A stretch of 63,984 bases of DNA, counting the filler, from Octopus bimaculoides (Eukaryota): the NCBI RefSeq assembly GCF_001194135.2. It is 8 parts of 6 records of this genome, joined end to end, with 100 filler letters (N's around TTAATTAATTAA, not from the genome) between each part and the next. Parts side by side here need not be neighbours in the genome. Positions count along the whole stretch, not along the records: positions 5,061 to 27,702 come from NC_069005.1; positions 27,803 to 47,033 come from NC_069005.1; 6 more parts are not named here. The stretch is one strand, 5' to 3'. The first letter of the stretch is position 1, and each line of letters opens with the position of its first letter. The translations under genes were made by a program, and so were the position numbers. The notes beneath the pieces are model-generated. The model was not told the DNA's origin. It did not search any database and was given only the letters and a program-made list of their open reading frames with translations. Of the stretch, positions 22,609 to 37,259 are shown piece after piece.

Positions 22609-23089
22609 AAAACTTCTGATCTCGAAAAAGTGTAAACAAGTAATGTTAAATCTCTGAGTGAGGTATAAACAGTAACTGCACGACAACGTGAAGTATATTT
22701 GCCATTTAAATGCGGCTAGACCCTAAGGGTGAATGTTACTCGTGCAGTTACTGTTTATACCTCGCTCAGTGATTTAACATTGCTTGTTTACACTTTTTAG
22801 AGATCGGTGAATTTTCGTCACTGGGAAAAGTATATATATATTTGCATTAGGACCCCTTCGCATCGAAGATCGGTGATTGTCGTACGCTGACGAAGGGTAA
22901 ATACCCAGAAACTCGAGTCCGTGCGTATCACGTCAGATCAACGATGGAAATGATGACTTCCCTTTGCAAATACCGACAGGGCACATATGTGTGTCAATAG
23001 CCAGTTGGAGATGTTCTCCTGGGGCTAAAAGCAACAGTAACATTCACCCTTAGGGTTTAGCCGCATTTAAGTGGCAAATATACTTCATG

Positions 23090-23091
<2 letters not shown>
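22609..23091. repeat. Interlocking inverted repeats A(22609-22683) B(22684-22739) A'(22740-22815) ... B'(23037-23091)
   Basis: A' is the reverse complement of A, and B' is the reverse complement of B. Confidence 0.85.
22882..22924 (+). ncRNA. Minimal type I hammerhead ribozyme motif (GUC site)
   Basis: GTACG-CTGACGA-A-GGGT AAAT ACCC-A-GAAAC-TCGA-GTC-CGTGC. Stem I is GTACG/CGTGC and stem III is the palindrome ACTCGAGT. The base of stem II is an A-A mismatch. Confidence 0.65.
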
Positions 23092-23126
<35 letters not shown>

Positions 23127-23199
23127 AAGTATGGGGATTTAGTTCACAGGTGATCTAAATGATTAGGTACGCTAGGTAAGTGCTGTAACGGATAACTGG

Positions 23200-24345
23200 G
23201 GCTCCAAAATTATACCCGAGACGGTAGTTATGGAGCCAATTGCAGATTTATGATGCAGTGGATATATAATTGTTAAACATTAAGGCAAGTCAAACATCTC
23301 AAATCATATACAATAGGAAGAAATTCAAAATCTTACAGCTGTTTCTGGGATATCCCTGAGTATGATATATTCCATCATCAGAGACAAATAGGGGGGAAAA
23401 TATGGAAAATGAGAATGGTATATAGTAATAAGATGAATAGTAGATGTCTGGTTGTCTCAAAGTCTAAAGTTGTTGGGGAGGAAATTTGGTAGTAATTGCT
23501 TGTGTCTGTCCTAGTTAAGCACAGTGGCTGTAGAGTTATTTTTAGTAATGGAGTTGTGGGTGCGTAGGTAGCCGAGAAAGGAAGAGCTAGATAAATGTTA
23601 AATTATTTGAGTGGGAGTTAAAGTTAGGGGTTTATAGTAGGGGATTTATTGGGTTAAGGTTTAAAAATAAATTAAGGATAAATTAAAGAATTAATATTTA
23701 TCTCATAGTGTGATGAGGTACGGTAGATAGATATGAGATAAGACATAAGGTAGAAATATGAGTTATAGGGATATAGAAAGGGTATGTGTTAATGATCATA
23801 AGGGTTTGTATGTTGGTGCTATTCGTGGGGGTGAGCTTACATTTAGATTTATGAAAGACTTTAAAAGTGCGGAAGAATTTGTGCTTATACGAAGTGAAGG
23901 CTTTGTATTTATTAAGCAATTGTGGTGAGTTGTGAATTAGAATTTTGAGAGCTTCTTTTAAACAAAGTCCACAACTGTAGTGTTGGCCCTGATATGGGAT
24001 ACCCGAGTCTATTATAGCTCAGGAAAGTTTATACTGTATTTTTCTATTAATTAGATGGTGTATGTGGCTGGCTAGTTATGTGGAATTGCTATTCTCCTTA
24101 TATTTAAACGAGTTTAAATGTGCGTAATACCTTTGTTTAAAATGGTGCTAGAACCAATGTAGTAGTTACAGGAGTGATTTATCATGTTGTGAACAGTGCA
24201 TCGGTATACGGCGTTGAATCTTCTGCATTGGGCTTGCAACGGGCAATCTGTCACGGATCTGCAGTTGCAGTTATCGGTTTTACATTGGTTAATTAGAGAG
24301 AGAGAGATGAGGTAGTGCTGGTAGTGGCTATGGTAAATAACTCCT
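23200..24345 (-). mobile_element. 5'-truncated Penelope-like element: GIY-YIG endonuclease remnant (about 24290-23850) plus a 3' pLTR region
   Basis: CNCRSVTDCPLQAQC..NAVYRCTV...YYIG / FKQRYYAHLNSF...ST*LASHI...CGLCLKE...LLNKY, with stops and frameshifts. Confidence 0.85.
23330..23385 (-). ncRNA. Minimal type I hammerhead ribozyme (GUA site, predicted cleavage between 23334 and 23333)
   Basis: TCT-CTGATGA-TGG...CCA-GAAAC-AGCT-GTA-AGA: full core, palindromic stem III ACAGCTGT, located 3' of a Penelope endonuclease fragment. Confidence 0.75.
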
Positions 24346-24375
24346 GTATTGGTTCTAGCACCATACATACATACA

Positions 24376-24406
<31 letters not shown>

Positions 24407-25074
24407 CATGAACTAACAGGTCGCGGTTTCAAACCGACGAAAATATTTTGACAAATTAAATTTAAACGTTGAAGTGAATCTAACGGTTTTTGTGTGTTTT
24501 TAAACATCTTCCACCTGCTACTGTTTTTGTTTCAGGACACGATCTCAGATCAAGTCACTTGCTATGCAAGTAAATCTCCCTAAAATATAGTTTGTTTTTA
24601 AAATTAAAAAAAAAAGTTAATTATACTTAAATCTAATTTTTTTGCCCTATATTTTTTCAAGATATTTTACCTCACAACTTTTTTGATACAAATTTTTGTT
24701 GCATGGGAACAAAACTATGAGATTATTCATGCTTTCTACTATCATTGAAGCAAAGATACATATATTTTGCTTTTAAAAGAAAAAAGTTATTAATTGGTGG
24801 CGTTACTAAATCGCTTATAACGTTCCAACAAATTTTGATGTAAACTTTTTTCTACGGGATCAAATCTCAATCCCTTTAGGCCAAAATTTAGCTAGGAACC
24901 AGTCCTCTTCAAAAATGTTAACAGTTTTCAATTCGGTTAAGAACTGAATTAGCGGCAAGCTCTGAAAGGTGCTGCGTGTAAGTAAATTGCGGCCTTAAGA
25001 ATATTATTCAACTACTACCGAAGGTGAATGATATATATGTGTGTGGGTGAATATATATATATATATTCACCCCC

Positions 25075-25107
<33 letters not shown>

Positions 25108-25306
25108 GCAGTTAAACGCAGGTGTTATGTATGTATGTACGTATGTATATGTGCAATATATATATATATGCACGTATGCATGTATATTTTTCTCTGACAA
25201 CTTTTCTCTCACTTTCACACAGACACACACACAATTCGTTTCACTCGCCCACATCTTACTCTCTCTCTCTCTCTCTCACACACTTTCTCTCTCTCTCTCT
25301 CTCTCT

Positions 25307-25341
<35 letters not shown>

Positions 25342-25563
25342 NNNNNNNNNNNNNNNNNNNNNNNNNNNNNNNNNNNNNNNNNNNNNNNNNNNNNNNNNNN
25401 NNNNNNNNNNNNNNNNNNNNNNNNNNNNNNNNNNNNNNNNNNNNNNNNNNNNNNNNNNNNNNNNNNNNNNNNNNNNNNNNNNNNNNNNNNNNNNNNNNNN
25501 NNNNNNNNNNNNNNNNNNNNNNNNNNNNNNNNNNNNNNNNNNNNNNNNNNNNNNNNNNNNNNN

Positions 25564-25629
<66 letters not shown>

Positions 25630-25694
25630 GCTCGCTCTTATTACTCAGTTTATCTTCTGAACTTATTTATCCATCTATCTATCTATCTTTCTAA

Positions 25695-25733
<39 letters not shown>

Positions 25734-26215
25734 GGCATATCTGTCTCTCTGTCTGTCTCTGTTTCTGTTAGCCCATTTGTCTATCTACCTATCCATCTGA
25801 CTATCCCTCCTTGTGTTTGTCTACCTTACTGTCAGTTTACCTATCTATCCACATATCTCTGTTTATGTATTTATCAATCTCTCCCTGTAGGTATGTGTTG
25901 ACATCTTAGTCTGTTTATCTGGGGTTTTTTCTGCACACATTAAACACGCACACATACACACACACACGCGAATGCACATGCGCACTCACACACGCGTGCG
26001 CGCACGCACACGCGCGCGCGCACGCACACGCACACACACACACACACACACAAGCATGTATGTAAGGATGTATATATGCATGTATGTATGTGCGTGCGGG
26101 CAAGTGTATGTTTGTGTATGGGCGGTTGCGTATGTATGTATGTATGTATGTATGTATGTATGACATATAAAACAATACAAGGAGTTATATTTGTCTCTGC
26201 TTGTCTATCTCTCTC

Positions 26216-26277
<62 letters not shown>

Positions 26278-26577
26278 CATTTATTTATCCATGTAGCAGT
26301 CCATCTTTCTATTTATTTATCCATTTATCTATGTATTTATCCATCTAGATAGCTAGCTATCGATCTACCTACCTATTTCTCTATCTATCTATCAGTCTGT
26401 CTGTCTGTCTGTCTATCTTTCTATTTATTTATCCATTTATCTTTCTATGCATTTATCCATCTAGATAGCTATCAATCTACCTATCTATCTATCTGTCTAT
26501 CTATCTATATATCTATCCATCTATCTTTCTATTTATTCATCCATTTATTTGTCTATGTATGTATGTATGTATGTAAG

Positions 26578-26609
<32 letters not shown>

Positions 26610-27243
26610 GGTTTGTCTGTCTGTCTGTCTGTCCATCTATCCATCTATCTACTTGCCAATCTATATGTGTCCCTTTCAATATATTGTTTATGTGTATGTG
26701 GTGGGGTGTGTATATATCATATATGTATAAATATGAATGAGTATTCATACATACATACATACATACATACATACATACATACATACATACATACATACAT
26801 ACATACACACATACATACATATGTAAGCACACATAAATACACCCAGACATTGCAAATACATATAAAATATGGTAGAAAATGTAAAACATATTGAATTATT
26901 TCGTTCAAAAGAATTCAACTCTAAAACGAAAATTTTCTTTAAAATTTGCTCTGGTTGTTCCCCTGCGTTTTCAATCTTCTATAAACACCAACTAAAAGAA
27001 TAATAATTCACTGAAATCTATAATTTCCGTTGCTATAGCAACAGAAATTTATCAGTCTTTGGTATCTTCCAGACCAGCATCTTCAGTAACTGAGTAAACA
27101 AAACCAGCTTCTGTTTTCTGAACTGTAAACAACCAAAAATGTTGTTGCTTTCTCTCTGTGATATTGATGATGTAATAATGTTGTGGGAGAAGAGAAGGTA
27201 AGGCTTGACAGGTGAAAGAAAAGCTAACACGTATGTAAATGTG

Positions 27244-27296
<53 letters not shown>

Positions 27297-27300
27297 GTAG

Positions 27301-27341
<41 letters not shown>

Positions 27342-27802
27342 TGAAGAGAGAGAGATGAAGAGAGACAGACAGACAGACAGACAGACAGGTAGAGAGATAG
27401 ATGGAGAGAGAGAGAGACAGATGGACAGAAAGACAGATAAACAGACAGGTAGATAGATAGACTGGTTTAAGTATGTGTACACACACATGCATAGAAATAA
27501 ACATAAAGAGAAAGACAGATGTATGTGTGTGCATATATAGACATGTGTTTGTATCTATATATGTGTGTGTGTGTGTGTATTATATATACATATTACTCAT
27601 TTACTCTTTTACAAATTTCAGCTCGAGGGATTTGGCCATGTTGGAGTATCACCAACAATATATACATATAGTATATATATATGTATGTATATATATATAT
27701 ATNNNNNNNNNNNNNNNNNNNNNNNNNNNNNNNNNNNNNNNNNNNNTTAATTAATTAANNNNNNNNNNNNNNNNNNNNNNNNNNNNNNNNNNNNNNNNNN
27801 NN

Positions 27803-27870
<68 letters not shown>

Positions 27871-29814
27871 TATAGATAGATAGAGCGCGTGAGTGAAGTA
27901 TAACCATACTCAGAAAGATATATATCTACACGTATATTATGCAATATAATATTGCCGTACACAAATACAAACTAAGCGAATGCACACACAGAGAGATACA
28001 AGCGTATACATACATACATATATACATACATACATACATGCATACATAGTTATATATATATATATATATCTTTTTTGTTATATCCCCTCCTACACCTACC
28101 TGGCGCATCTAATGACACTATGACCGATTACACAACTCTTACCGAGCAATAAAAACGATCGGCTTTTCACAATTCCATTAGTCATCATCTTCTAGAGTCG
28201 ATACACAAGTGAAACTTAGTGTTGTCTAGAGCAAATCTGATATATATATATATANNNNNNNNNNNNNNNNNNNNNNNNNNNNNNNNNNNNNNNNNNNNNN
28301 NNNNNNNNNNNNNNNNNNNNNNNNNNNNNNNNNNNNNNNNNNNNNNNNNNNNNNNNNNNNNNNNNNNNNNNNNNNNNNNNNNNNNNNNNNNNNNNNNNNN
28401 NNNNNNNNNNNNNNNNNNNNNNNNNNNNNNNNNNNNNNNNNNNNNNNNNNNNNNNNNNNNNNNNNNNNNNNNNNNNNNNNNNNNNNNNNNNNNNNNNNNN
28501 NNNNNNNNNNNNNNNNNNNNNNNNNNNNNNNNNNNNNNNNNNNNNNNNNNNNNNNNNNNNNNNNNNNNNNNNNNNNNNNNNNNNNNNNNNNNNNNNNNNN
28601 NNNNNNNNNNNNNNNNNNNNNNNNNNNNNNNNNNNNNNNNNNNNNNNNNNNNNNNNNNNNNNNNNNNNNNNNNNNNNNNNNNNNNNNNNNNNNNNNNNNN
28701 NNNNNNNNNNNNNNNNNNNNNNNNNNNNNNNNNNNNNNNNNNNNNNNNNNNNNNNNNNNNNNNNNNNNNNNNNNNNNNNNNNNNNNNNNNNNNNNNNNNN
28801 NNNNNNNNNNNNNNNNNNNNNNNNNNNNNNNNNNNNNNNNNNNNNNNNNNNNNNNNNNNNNNNNNNNNNNNNNNNNNNNNNNNNNNNNNNNNNNNNNNNN
28901 NNNNNNNNNNNNNNNNNNNNNNNNNNNNNNNNNNNNNNNNNNNNNNNNNNNNNNNNNNNNNNNNNNNNNNNNNNNNNNNNNNNNNNNNNNNNNNNNNNNN
29001 NNNNNNNNNNNNNNNNNNNNNNNNNNNNNNNNNNNNNNNNNNNNNNNNNNNNNNNNNNNNNNNNNNNNNNNNNNNNNNNNNNNNNNNNNNNNNNNNNNNN
29101 NNNNNNNNNNNNNNNNNNNNNNNNNNNNNNNNNNNNNNNNNNNNNNNNNNNNNNNNNNNNNNNNNNNNNNNNNNNNNNNNNNNNNNNNNNNNNNNNNNNN
29201 NNNNNNNNNNNNNNNNNNNNNNNNNNNNATGCCAGATCACATAAATTTGAAGCAAGGAGGGAAAAAAATAGTACCCGAATACCGGGGGTAAACTAATATG
29301 CTTTATTATTAAAGCTGCAATAATATCACCAAAAAAATCATAATTTTTTCGTATTTGAATGTTATATGAATATTAACAAGCGCGTCTATACATACATGTG
29401 TTTATGTGCATGCACAAGCACGCGCGCGTGCACACACATTCACACACACACTCACACACGCACGCATACGCACACACACACACACATGCACACTCACACA
29501 CACGCACGCACATTCTATCGCAGATCACTAATGCCTAAGTAGCAATTTTAAAATATTAGAAGATCGGTAATTAGTTTAATTGAGCAAAAACAGATTATAG
29601 CATAATTCACGTGCATCGATATGCAGTCGTACGCACGTGTATAGAAAGACGATGTTCACGCAAGTACTTTTGAAATCCGGATTCAGATTCTATTACACAA
29701 CTGCGCTAACATTTATAAGAGTTGAGACATTTTAACAATTTTTACCGTTATGGAGATTGTAAATGGAAACAATAAGAAAAAAGACGAGTGTAGATATTAG
29801 ACTTAATATATAGG

Positions 29815-30295
29815 CGTAGGAGTGGCTGTATAGTAAGTAGCTTGTGTGGAGGCGCGTGGCCTAGTGGTTAGGGGCCAGCACCATGATCGTAAGATTGTGG
29901 TTTCCATTCCTGGACCGGGCGACGCGTTGTGTTCTTGAGCAAAACACTTCATTTCACGTTGCTCCAAAAAAGAATGTTTGTCTGTCCTTGTTCATCCCCT
30001 CTTTGTAATGCCTTCATGGCAAATCGTTAATGAAATAAAGTAGCTTGCATACGAACCGAATGGTCCCGGGTTCAGTCCCACTGCGTGGCACCTTGGGCAA
30101 GTGTCTTCTACTATAGCATCGGGCCGACCAAAGCCTTGTGAGTGGATTTGGCAGACGGAAACTGAAAGAAGCCCGTCGTATATATGTATATATGTATGTA
30201 TCAGTGTGTGTATATGTATGCGTGTCTGTGTCAGTCCCCTATTATTTGTTTCAGTCATTAGACAGCGGCCATGCTGGGGCACTGCCTTAAAGTAC
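29815..30295. mobile_element. Nested SINE pieces: family A head interrupted by a family C head (29850-29966), family A at 30040-30190 (+), and a family A tail fragment at 30240-30290 (-)
   Basis: Family motifs seen at other copies in the window. Confidence 0.65.
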
Positions 30296-30640
30296 TGTTA
30301 GCCAAATAAATATACCCTGTTTTTTGTTAATTGTGTCAGGGGACCGTTTTGTTACGGTGAGACAGAGATTCCTTTTCCGGTTCTTCATCCGTGATCGGAT
30401 GGATGTGTCCCCATCACACCCATCCCAAGGTTAACATCTCGTGATTAGTACTATAGCTGAGTAAACCGCTACAATGTGAAATCATATATACGATGTAAAT
30501 TACTGAAGGACACGTGCAGCAGTCCTTGCCAGGAATTGAACCCAAAATCTTATAATCACGAGCCTGTAAGACACACACACACATACACATTCATATTTAT
30601 AAATATATAAATATATATACATATATACATATGAATGTAC

Positions 30641-30673
<33 letters not shown>

Positions 30674-32001
30674 CGTGTGTATGTGTGTGTATGTGTATAT
30701 ATATATATATATATATATGTANNNNNNNNNNNNNNNNNNNNNNNNNNNNNNNNNNNNNNNNNNNNNNNNNNNNNNNNNNNNNNNNNNNNNNNNNNNNNNN
30801 NNNNNNNNNNNNNNNNNNNNNNNNNNNNNNNNNNNNNNNNNNNNNNNNNNNNNNNNNNNNNNNNNNNNNNNNNNNNNNNNNNNNNNNNNNNNNNNNNNNN
30901 NNNNNNNNNNNNNNNNNNNNNNNNNNNNNNNNNNNNNNNNNNNNNNNNNNNNNNNNNNNNNNNNNNNNNNNNNNNNNNNNNNNNNNNNNNNNNNNNNNNN
31001 NNNNNNNNNNNNNNNNNNNNNNNNNNNNNNNNNNNNNNNNNNNNNNNNNNNNNNNNNNNNNNNNNNNNNNNNNNNNNNNNNNNNNNNNNNNNNNNNNNNN
31101 NNNNNNNNNNNNNNNNNNNNNNNNNNNNNNNNNNNNNNNNNNNNNNNNNNNNNNNNNNNNNNNNNNNNNNNNNNNNNNNNNNNNNNNNNNNNNNNNNNNN
31201 NNNNNNNNNNNNNNNNNNNNNNNNNNNNNNNNNNNNNNNNNNNNNNNNNNNNNNNNNNNNNNNNNNNNNNNNNNNNNNNNNNNNNNNNNNNNNNNNNNNN
31301 NNNNNNNNNNNNNNNNNNNNNNNNNNNNNNNNNNNNNNNNNNNNNNNNNNNNNNNNNNNNNNNNNNNNNNNNNNNNNNNNNNNNNNNNNNNNNNNNNNNN
31401 NNNNNNNNNNNNNNNNNNNNNNNNNNNNNNNNNNNNNNNNNNNNNNNNNNNNNNNNNNNNNNNNNNNNNNNNNNNNNNNNTATATATATATATATATATA
31501 TATTATACATACATATTATACGTAATTGCTTGTCTTTGTGTTTGTGCGTATGTGGAGGGGTTTTTTTTAATGCTCTGCGGTCGACTTTTGTGAAGCAAAA
31601 TCTATTTAAAGTCATAACTGTACTGAGCGAGTCAACCAGCAAAATAATCATTTACGCTAACAGGTTTGGCGCTCTTCTGACCACAGAAGGTTCTCTCTCA
31701 CACAAAATCTGTCATGGCGGACAGAATAGTGTGTGCTTAATGACTTCACACATAGAAACATACGTACATAAAGAAGGACACACACATATATATATATAGA
31801 GAGAGAAAGATAGATAGATATATAGATAGATAGGTACATAGATACATAATTAGATAGGTAGATATATAGATATGTACACATATATATAAATACGTATATA
31901 TTCACATACATGTATGTATTCAAACATAGATATACGCATATGCGCACGAACATAAATTTATACATACAGTGATATACACATACGTAAATCAATACTTAAC
32001 A

Positions 32002-32056
<55 letters not shown>

Positions 32057-32227
32057 NNNNNNNNNNNNNNNNNNNNNNNNNNNNNNNNNNNNNNNNNNNN
32101 NNNNNNNNNNNNNNNNNNNNNNNNNNNNNNNNNNNNNNNNNNNNNNNNNNNNNNNNNNNNNNNNNNNNNNNNNNNNNNNNNNNNNNNNNNNNNNNNNNNN
32201 NNNNNNNNNNNNNNNNNNNNNNNNNNN

Positions 32228-32276
<49 letters not shown>

Positions 32277-32279
32277 CAA

Positions 32280-32560
32280 CAAAATTTTATATCTTGGACA
32301 TAGAGTTACCCAGCGTTTCGCATCTACAAAGCCAAGGTCATGTGTGGCAACGCAAAGGTCAAAGGGACCCGTCTTATATCAGGTGAAAATGAATTGATCA
32401 TCCGGGTCCATATATTAATGGAAATAGCCGTTGCAAGATCTGCATCGCGGAGAGAGCCAAATTTCTTAAAGACTATGCGAAACCTGGCGTGTTAAACAGT
32501 CTGTAAGATGAGTTTTCTAAATGTCTCCACTTCAGGCGCTACTTAATGGAAAACTGAATC
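32280..32560 (+). mobile_element. Penelope-like GIY-YIG C-terminal remnant
   Basis: YINGNSRCKICIAERAKFLKD....VLNSL*DEF resembles the PLE motif RCxLCxxEK...LLNKRxE. Confidence 0.55.
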
Positions 32561-32821
32561 TCTTCCTTTACTAGTTAAGTCTTCGGGTCTATAGGAGTTC
32601 TTGTTTTCCTTTGTTTCAGGGGAAATAATACTTCCCCATTAAGGTTTCTATGTTAAGATGTATTCCTCATTTTCTGAGCGTTTTCTTACGTCTGCGACGT
32701 AGAAATTTCATAATTTTTGTCTTTTATATAAAGTCTGTTGAAATATATTGTGAGGAATTTCTTATTCCAAACCGTTACTTACTTTTTACTCAGCCTGAAA
32801 TATATTCATTTACGTGAACGC

Positions 32822-32965
32822 GTTGAGCTGGCTGTATCATTAGCAGAATTTCTTCCGTCTTTATGTTCTGTGTTCAAATGTCATCAAGGTCGACTCTGCC
32901 TTTCATCCTTTCGGGGCCGATCAATTCGAGTAACCACCTTTTCTCAAAGATTTCAGGTTTCATGC
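32822..32965 (+). mobile_element. SINE family B
   Basis: GAGCTGGC...GCCTTTCATCCTTTCGGGG...TTTCAGG. Confidence 0.7.
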
Positions 32966-32988
32966 CTATAGGAGAAAGGATGTTTACC

Positions 32989-33064
<76 letters not shown>

Positions 33065-34116
33065 GAAAGAAGTGTATTATTTGTTTATATATAACATGCA
33101 GTTATATAATCAAATTTTGTTAGATACAAAATGCAAACGCAGCGAAGCCCGTGGATATGTAAGTACTAAATAGCAATGTAATCTCAGTATTATGTTAAAA
33201 AGGAAAATACTAAAAGTATATTTATCATTGTTAAAACAATGAAATATTAGTTTTTCATTAGAAAGTCGGCAAAGCATGCAACAGGTGAAAATGTAAAATT
33301 TTAAGCAAGCAGCTATAGGACGAAATATTATGTAGCTGTTGAATGAACGTGCATTTCGTATTAAAATACAATGATGAATAAAAGAAAAATATTAACTGGA
33401 AAAAACATAATGAAACGTGAGCTGAAATAATAAGAGCATATCCTACTGACGCAACGGTTTCAATGCAAAACGTTATCAGCAGCTGGAAAAGGCTTAAAAC
33501 AAAATATCAACCTTAAAGAGGCTGGAAGATAACACGCATTATTACTGACAAGAAATGTGTAAGAGAAAAGCAATGATAATTTTTGAATGGCTTATAATAT
33601 ACACGCTTAGGAAATGAAGTTGTAAATACATTCGAACAAGCATTGTTTGCTAAGAAGGAATTCAAATGAGATGTTATCTGTGTACACGCATGCGCATAAA
33701 CTGCAGACCGGTCATTAAGACTTCACTTCTGCCGGGGATAATATCATAGAATTTCTTTATATCATTGAGGATGCGATACCGGTGTCCATGAGACGTTTTT
33801 TATAACATGGAATATATATACATACATATTAAATAGTGGCTATATATNNNNNNNNNNNNNNNNNNNNNNNNNNNNNNNNNNNNNNNNNNNNNNNNNNNNN
33901 NNNNNNNNNNNNNNNNNNNNNNNNNNNNNNNNNNTATATATATATATATATATCGGATATACATATAGATATGCATATCTATCTATCTATCTATCTATCT
34001 ATCTGTCTATCCATCGATCCATCTATCCATCCATCCATCCATCCATCTATCTATCTATCTATCTACGCACATTAACGCATATTCGCACACATTCACACAC
34101 ATTCACACACATGCAT

Positions 34117-34164
<48 letters not shown>

Positions 34165-34272
34165 ATAGACGCACGTGTGTGTATGTATGTATGTATTTTG
34201 TATGTATTTGTATAAATTGGTGTCTCTAAATTCTATAGAAAATCTGAAGGGACCAACTTAAACGTGTATATG

Positions 34273-34311
<39 letters not shown>

Positions 34312-34759
34312 CTTGTGCCTGTGTCTGTATGTATAGATGTATATGTATACATATATANNNNNNNNNNNNNNNNNNNNNNNNNNNNNNNNNNNNNNNNNNN
34401 NNNNNNNNNNNNNNNNNNNNNNNNNNNNNNNNNNNNNNNNNNNNNNNNNNNNNNNNNNNNNNNNNNNNNNNNNNNNNNNNNNNNNNNNNNNNNNNNNNNN
34501 NNNNNNNNNNNNNNNNNNNNNNNNNNNNNNNNNNNNNNNNNNNNNNNNNNNNNNNNNNNNNNNNNNNNNNNNNNNNNNNNNNNNNNNNNNNNNNNNNNNN
34601 NNNNNNNNNNNNNNNNNNNNNNNNNNNNNNNNNNNNNNNNNNNNNNNNNNNNNNNNNNNNNNNNNNNNNNNNNNNNNNNNNNNNNNNNNNNNNNNNNNNN
34701 NNNNNNNNNNNNNNNNNNNNNNNNNNNNNNNNNNNNNNNNNNNNNNNNNNNNNNNTATA

Positions 34760-34804
<45 letters not shown>

Positions 34805-35039
34805 GTATATGTATATGTATATATTATATTATATTATATTATATTATATTATATTATATAGTGAGAGACGGTGGGTGAGCTGGATTGGGGGCATTGAAGT
34901 AGCAGCCAAATCACCCTCATATACCTACAAATATTTCCTCCTCTGGATACGGCATTAGTCTATGCTGCCGCTGAATGTTTCTGACAGCTGCTTTCACTTT
35001 TAAAATGAAGTTGAACCATAGCAGGCACCATAATACTGG

Positions 35040-35055
35040 CGGTGTTGTTGTTTTT

Positions 35056-35086
<31 letters not shown>

Positions 35087-35577
35087 AAATATTAGCTTTA
35101 ATCATTTATTTTCATCATAATTAGTTTTATAACTGTATCGTTAACGTCATCATCATTATTATCATCTTCATTATCATCAGCGACCTTACAACCACCTCTA
35201 TCACCATCTTCACAATCACCACACCCACCACCACGAACACCACCATCACTATCACCATCATCATCATTATCATTATCATCATCACTACCACCAGCAACTC
35301 CATCACCACCACCTCCACGCTCAGCCATTATTAACATCATCATCATCACCACCACTTCTACGACCAACGCCAACTCCACCACCACTTCACCATCACCATC
35401 ACCACTACCATCGTCATAATCATCATCATCACCATTACCACCACCACCACCACACGATCATCATTAACATCATCATCAGCTGCATCGTCATCATTATTTG
35501 CATTATCAATCTCGTCATCACCAACATTATTACACCACTACCGACATTATTATTATAATTATAATTATATCATAGTC

Positions 35578-35612
<35 letters not shown>

Positions 35613-36540
35613 CATCATCATCATCATCATCATCATCATGATCATCACCACCATCATCATCAGTATCATCAACTTCTTCGTCAACTTGACCTTCATTACC
35701 ATACTTGTCAGCATCAACATTATCGCCTCATCCCCACGAACACCGCTTTCCTCCCCCTCCTCCTCATGATCATCATCGTCATCATCATCATCATCATCAT
35801 TATCACTAACACCACCTCCACCATCGTCACCACTACCGTCACTATCGCCATCGTCATCATCATTATCGTCACCGCAAACACCACCACCATCATCATCATC
35901 ATCATCATCATCATCACCACCACCAACCGAAGCACAATAACCAATCAATCAGGTATGCCGTTGCCTAAATGTATACAATGCCTTCAATTATATGAGATAA
36001 TTAGCGTTAATAATTAGTGTATATACTTTCTTTTTATTTCTATTTTTTTTTAAATTTTGGTGGTCCATGACAAACTAGAGAGTATGTAATTAATGTCTCG
36101 TAATTAATACAGTATCGCACTTGTTGTTGTTGTTGTTGTTGTTGTGGCGGTGGTGGTGGTGGTGGTGGTAGATTTCATTATCGATTTTGTTGTCGATTTG
36201 ATTGTTGTTGCTGGAGTAGATTTATATCTAGCTGTTGCAATTATAGTTTTATTTGCTGTTGTCGCTACTGTTGTTGTTGTTGTGTGTTTTCGTTTTGTCC
36301 TTGTTGTTGTTGTTGTTGTTACAGATTTTATTGGTGATAGGGCATTCCTTGTTGTTGTAATTGTAAATAATGTTGCTACTATAGCAGATTTTACTTTTAA
36401 GTGCTGTTGTTGTTGTGAATGATGTTGCAATTTCAATTGATGTAATTTATATATTATTGCTGTTGTTGTTCTTATTATTGTATGAGATTCTATTTCTAGT
36501 TGTAATCGTTGTTGTTGGTGTTGTTATTGTGTGTTTTTTA
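35040..36540. repeat. Patchwork of degenerate trinucleotide repeats (GTT/GCT, CAT/CAC/AAT, GTT/GGT)
   Basis: Visible directly in the sequence. The overlapping ORFs are low-complexity only. Confidence 0.9.
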
Positions 36541-36734
36541 TCATTATTGTAATTCTAGTTCTTGTAATTGAAATTGTACTCGTCCGTTTATTTCTTAAAA
36601 TGAAGTAGTTCTCTTGAAGCATTGAGTGATATGACACGAACGAGACTTGTTGGGGAAGGCCCGAACAACGCGAGAAAATATAAAATAAACGACTAAATAT
36701 AAACGAAGTTTTAGTTTTACCTTATATTTCTTTA

Positions 36735-36960
36735 TTTCAGGGCTACAACCCTTTCTTCAGGATATGCAGAAAAGTTCGAATAAGAGAACACATGCGTACA
36801 GACGCTTCAATCAAAAGATACCTACAGACGTGCCAAACACAGGAGTTGAAGGTATCCATCAAAACCACTCAACGCAACAGGAGCAATCCTAAAATCATGA
36901 GAGGTCCTCCTTATCAACAAACTGATAAAGTAACAGCAAAGGAAGCAAAGCTCACAGGGA
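36735..36960. mobile_element. Possible old Penelope-like remnant with a partial hammerhead core (minus, 36735-36760)
   Basis: CTGAAGA-A-AGGG..CCCT-GAAA lacks stem III. A KIM/EVLLINKL-like peptide appears with a frameshift. Confidence 0.3.
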
Positions 36961-37259
36961 AGAACACATGAATCACACTGGTTACTATAGCAATATAGCA
37001 ACACCAGTCTGCGCATGTCACTTTCCTCTTCCTTCCTACTCCCCCCCCCCACACACACATCTGAGCAATGACCTTTCCCATGCTTCGCATTTTCACATGT
37101 CTTGAAAAAGTTATTATAGCCCCGAAATATAGAACTTACAACTTACAACTTTGCTTTTATTCTTTTATTCTTTTACATGTTTCAGTCATTCGACAGCGGC
37201 CATGCTGGAGTACCGTCTTTAGTCGAACAAATCGTCCGCAGGACTTATTCTTTGTAATG

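Noticed and set aside
35098-36436. Poly-D/G/T/M ORFs resembling acidic or mucin-like proteins
   Set aside because: These are translations of trinucleotide microsatellites, open in several frames on both strands, with no splice or homology support.
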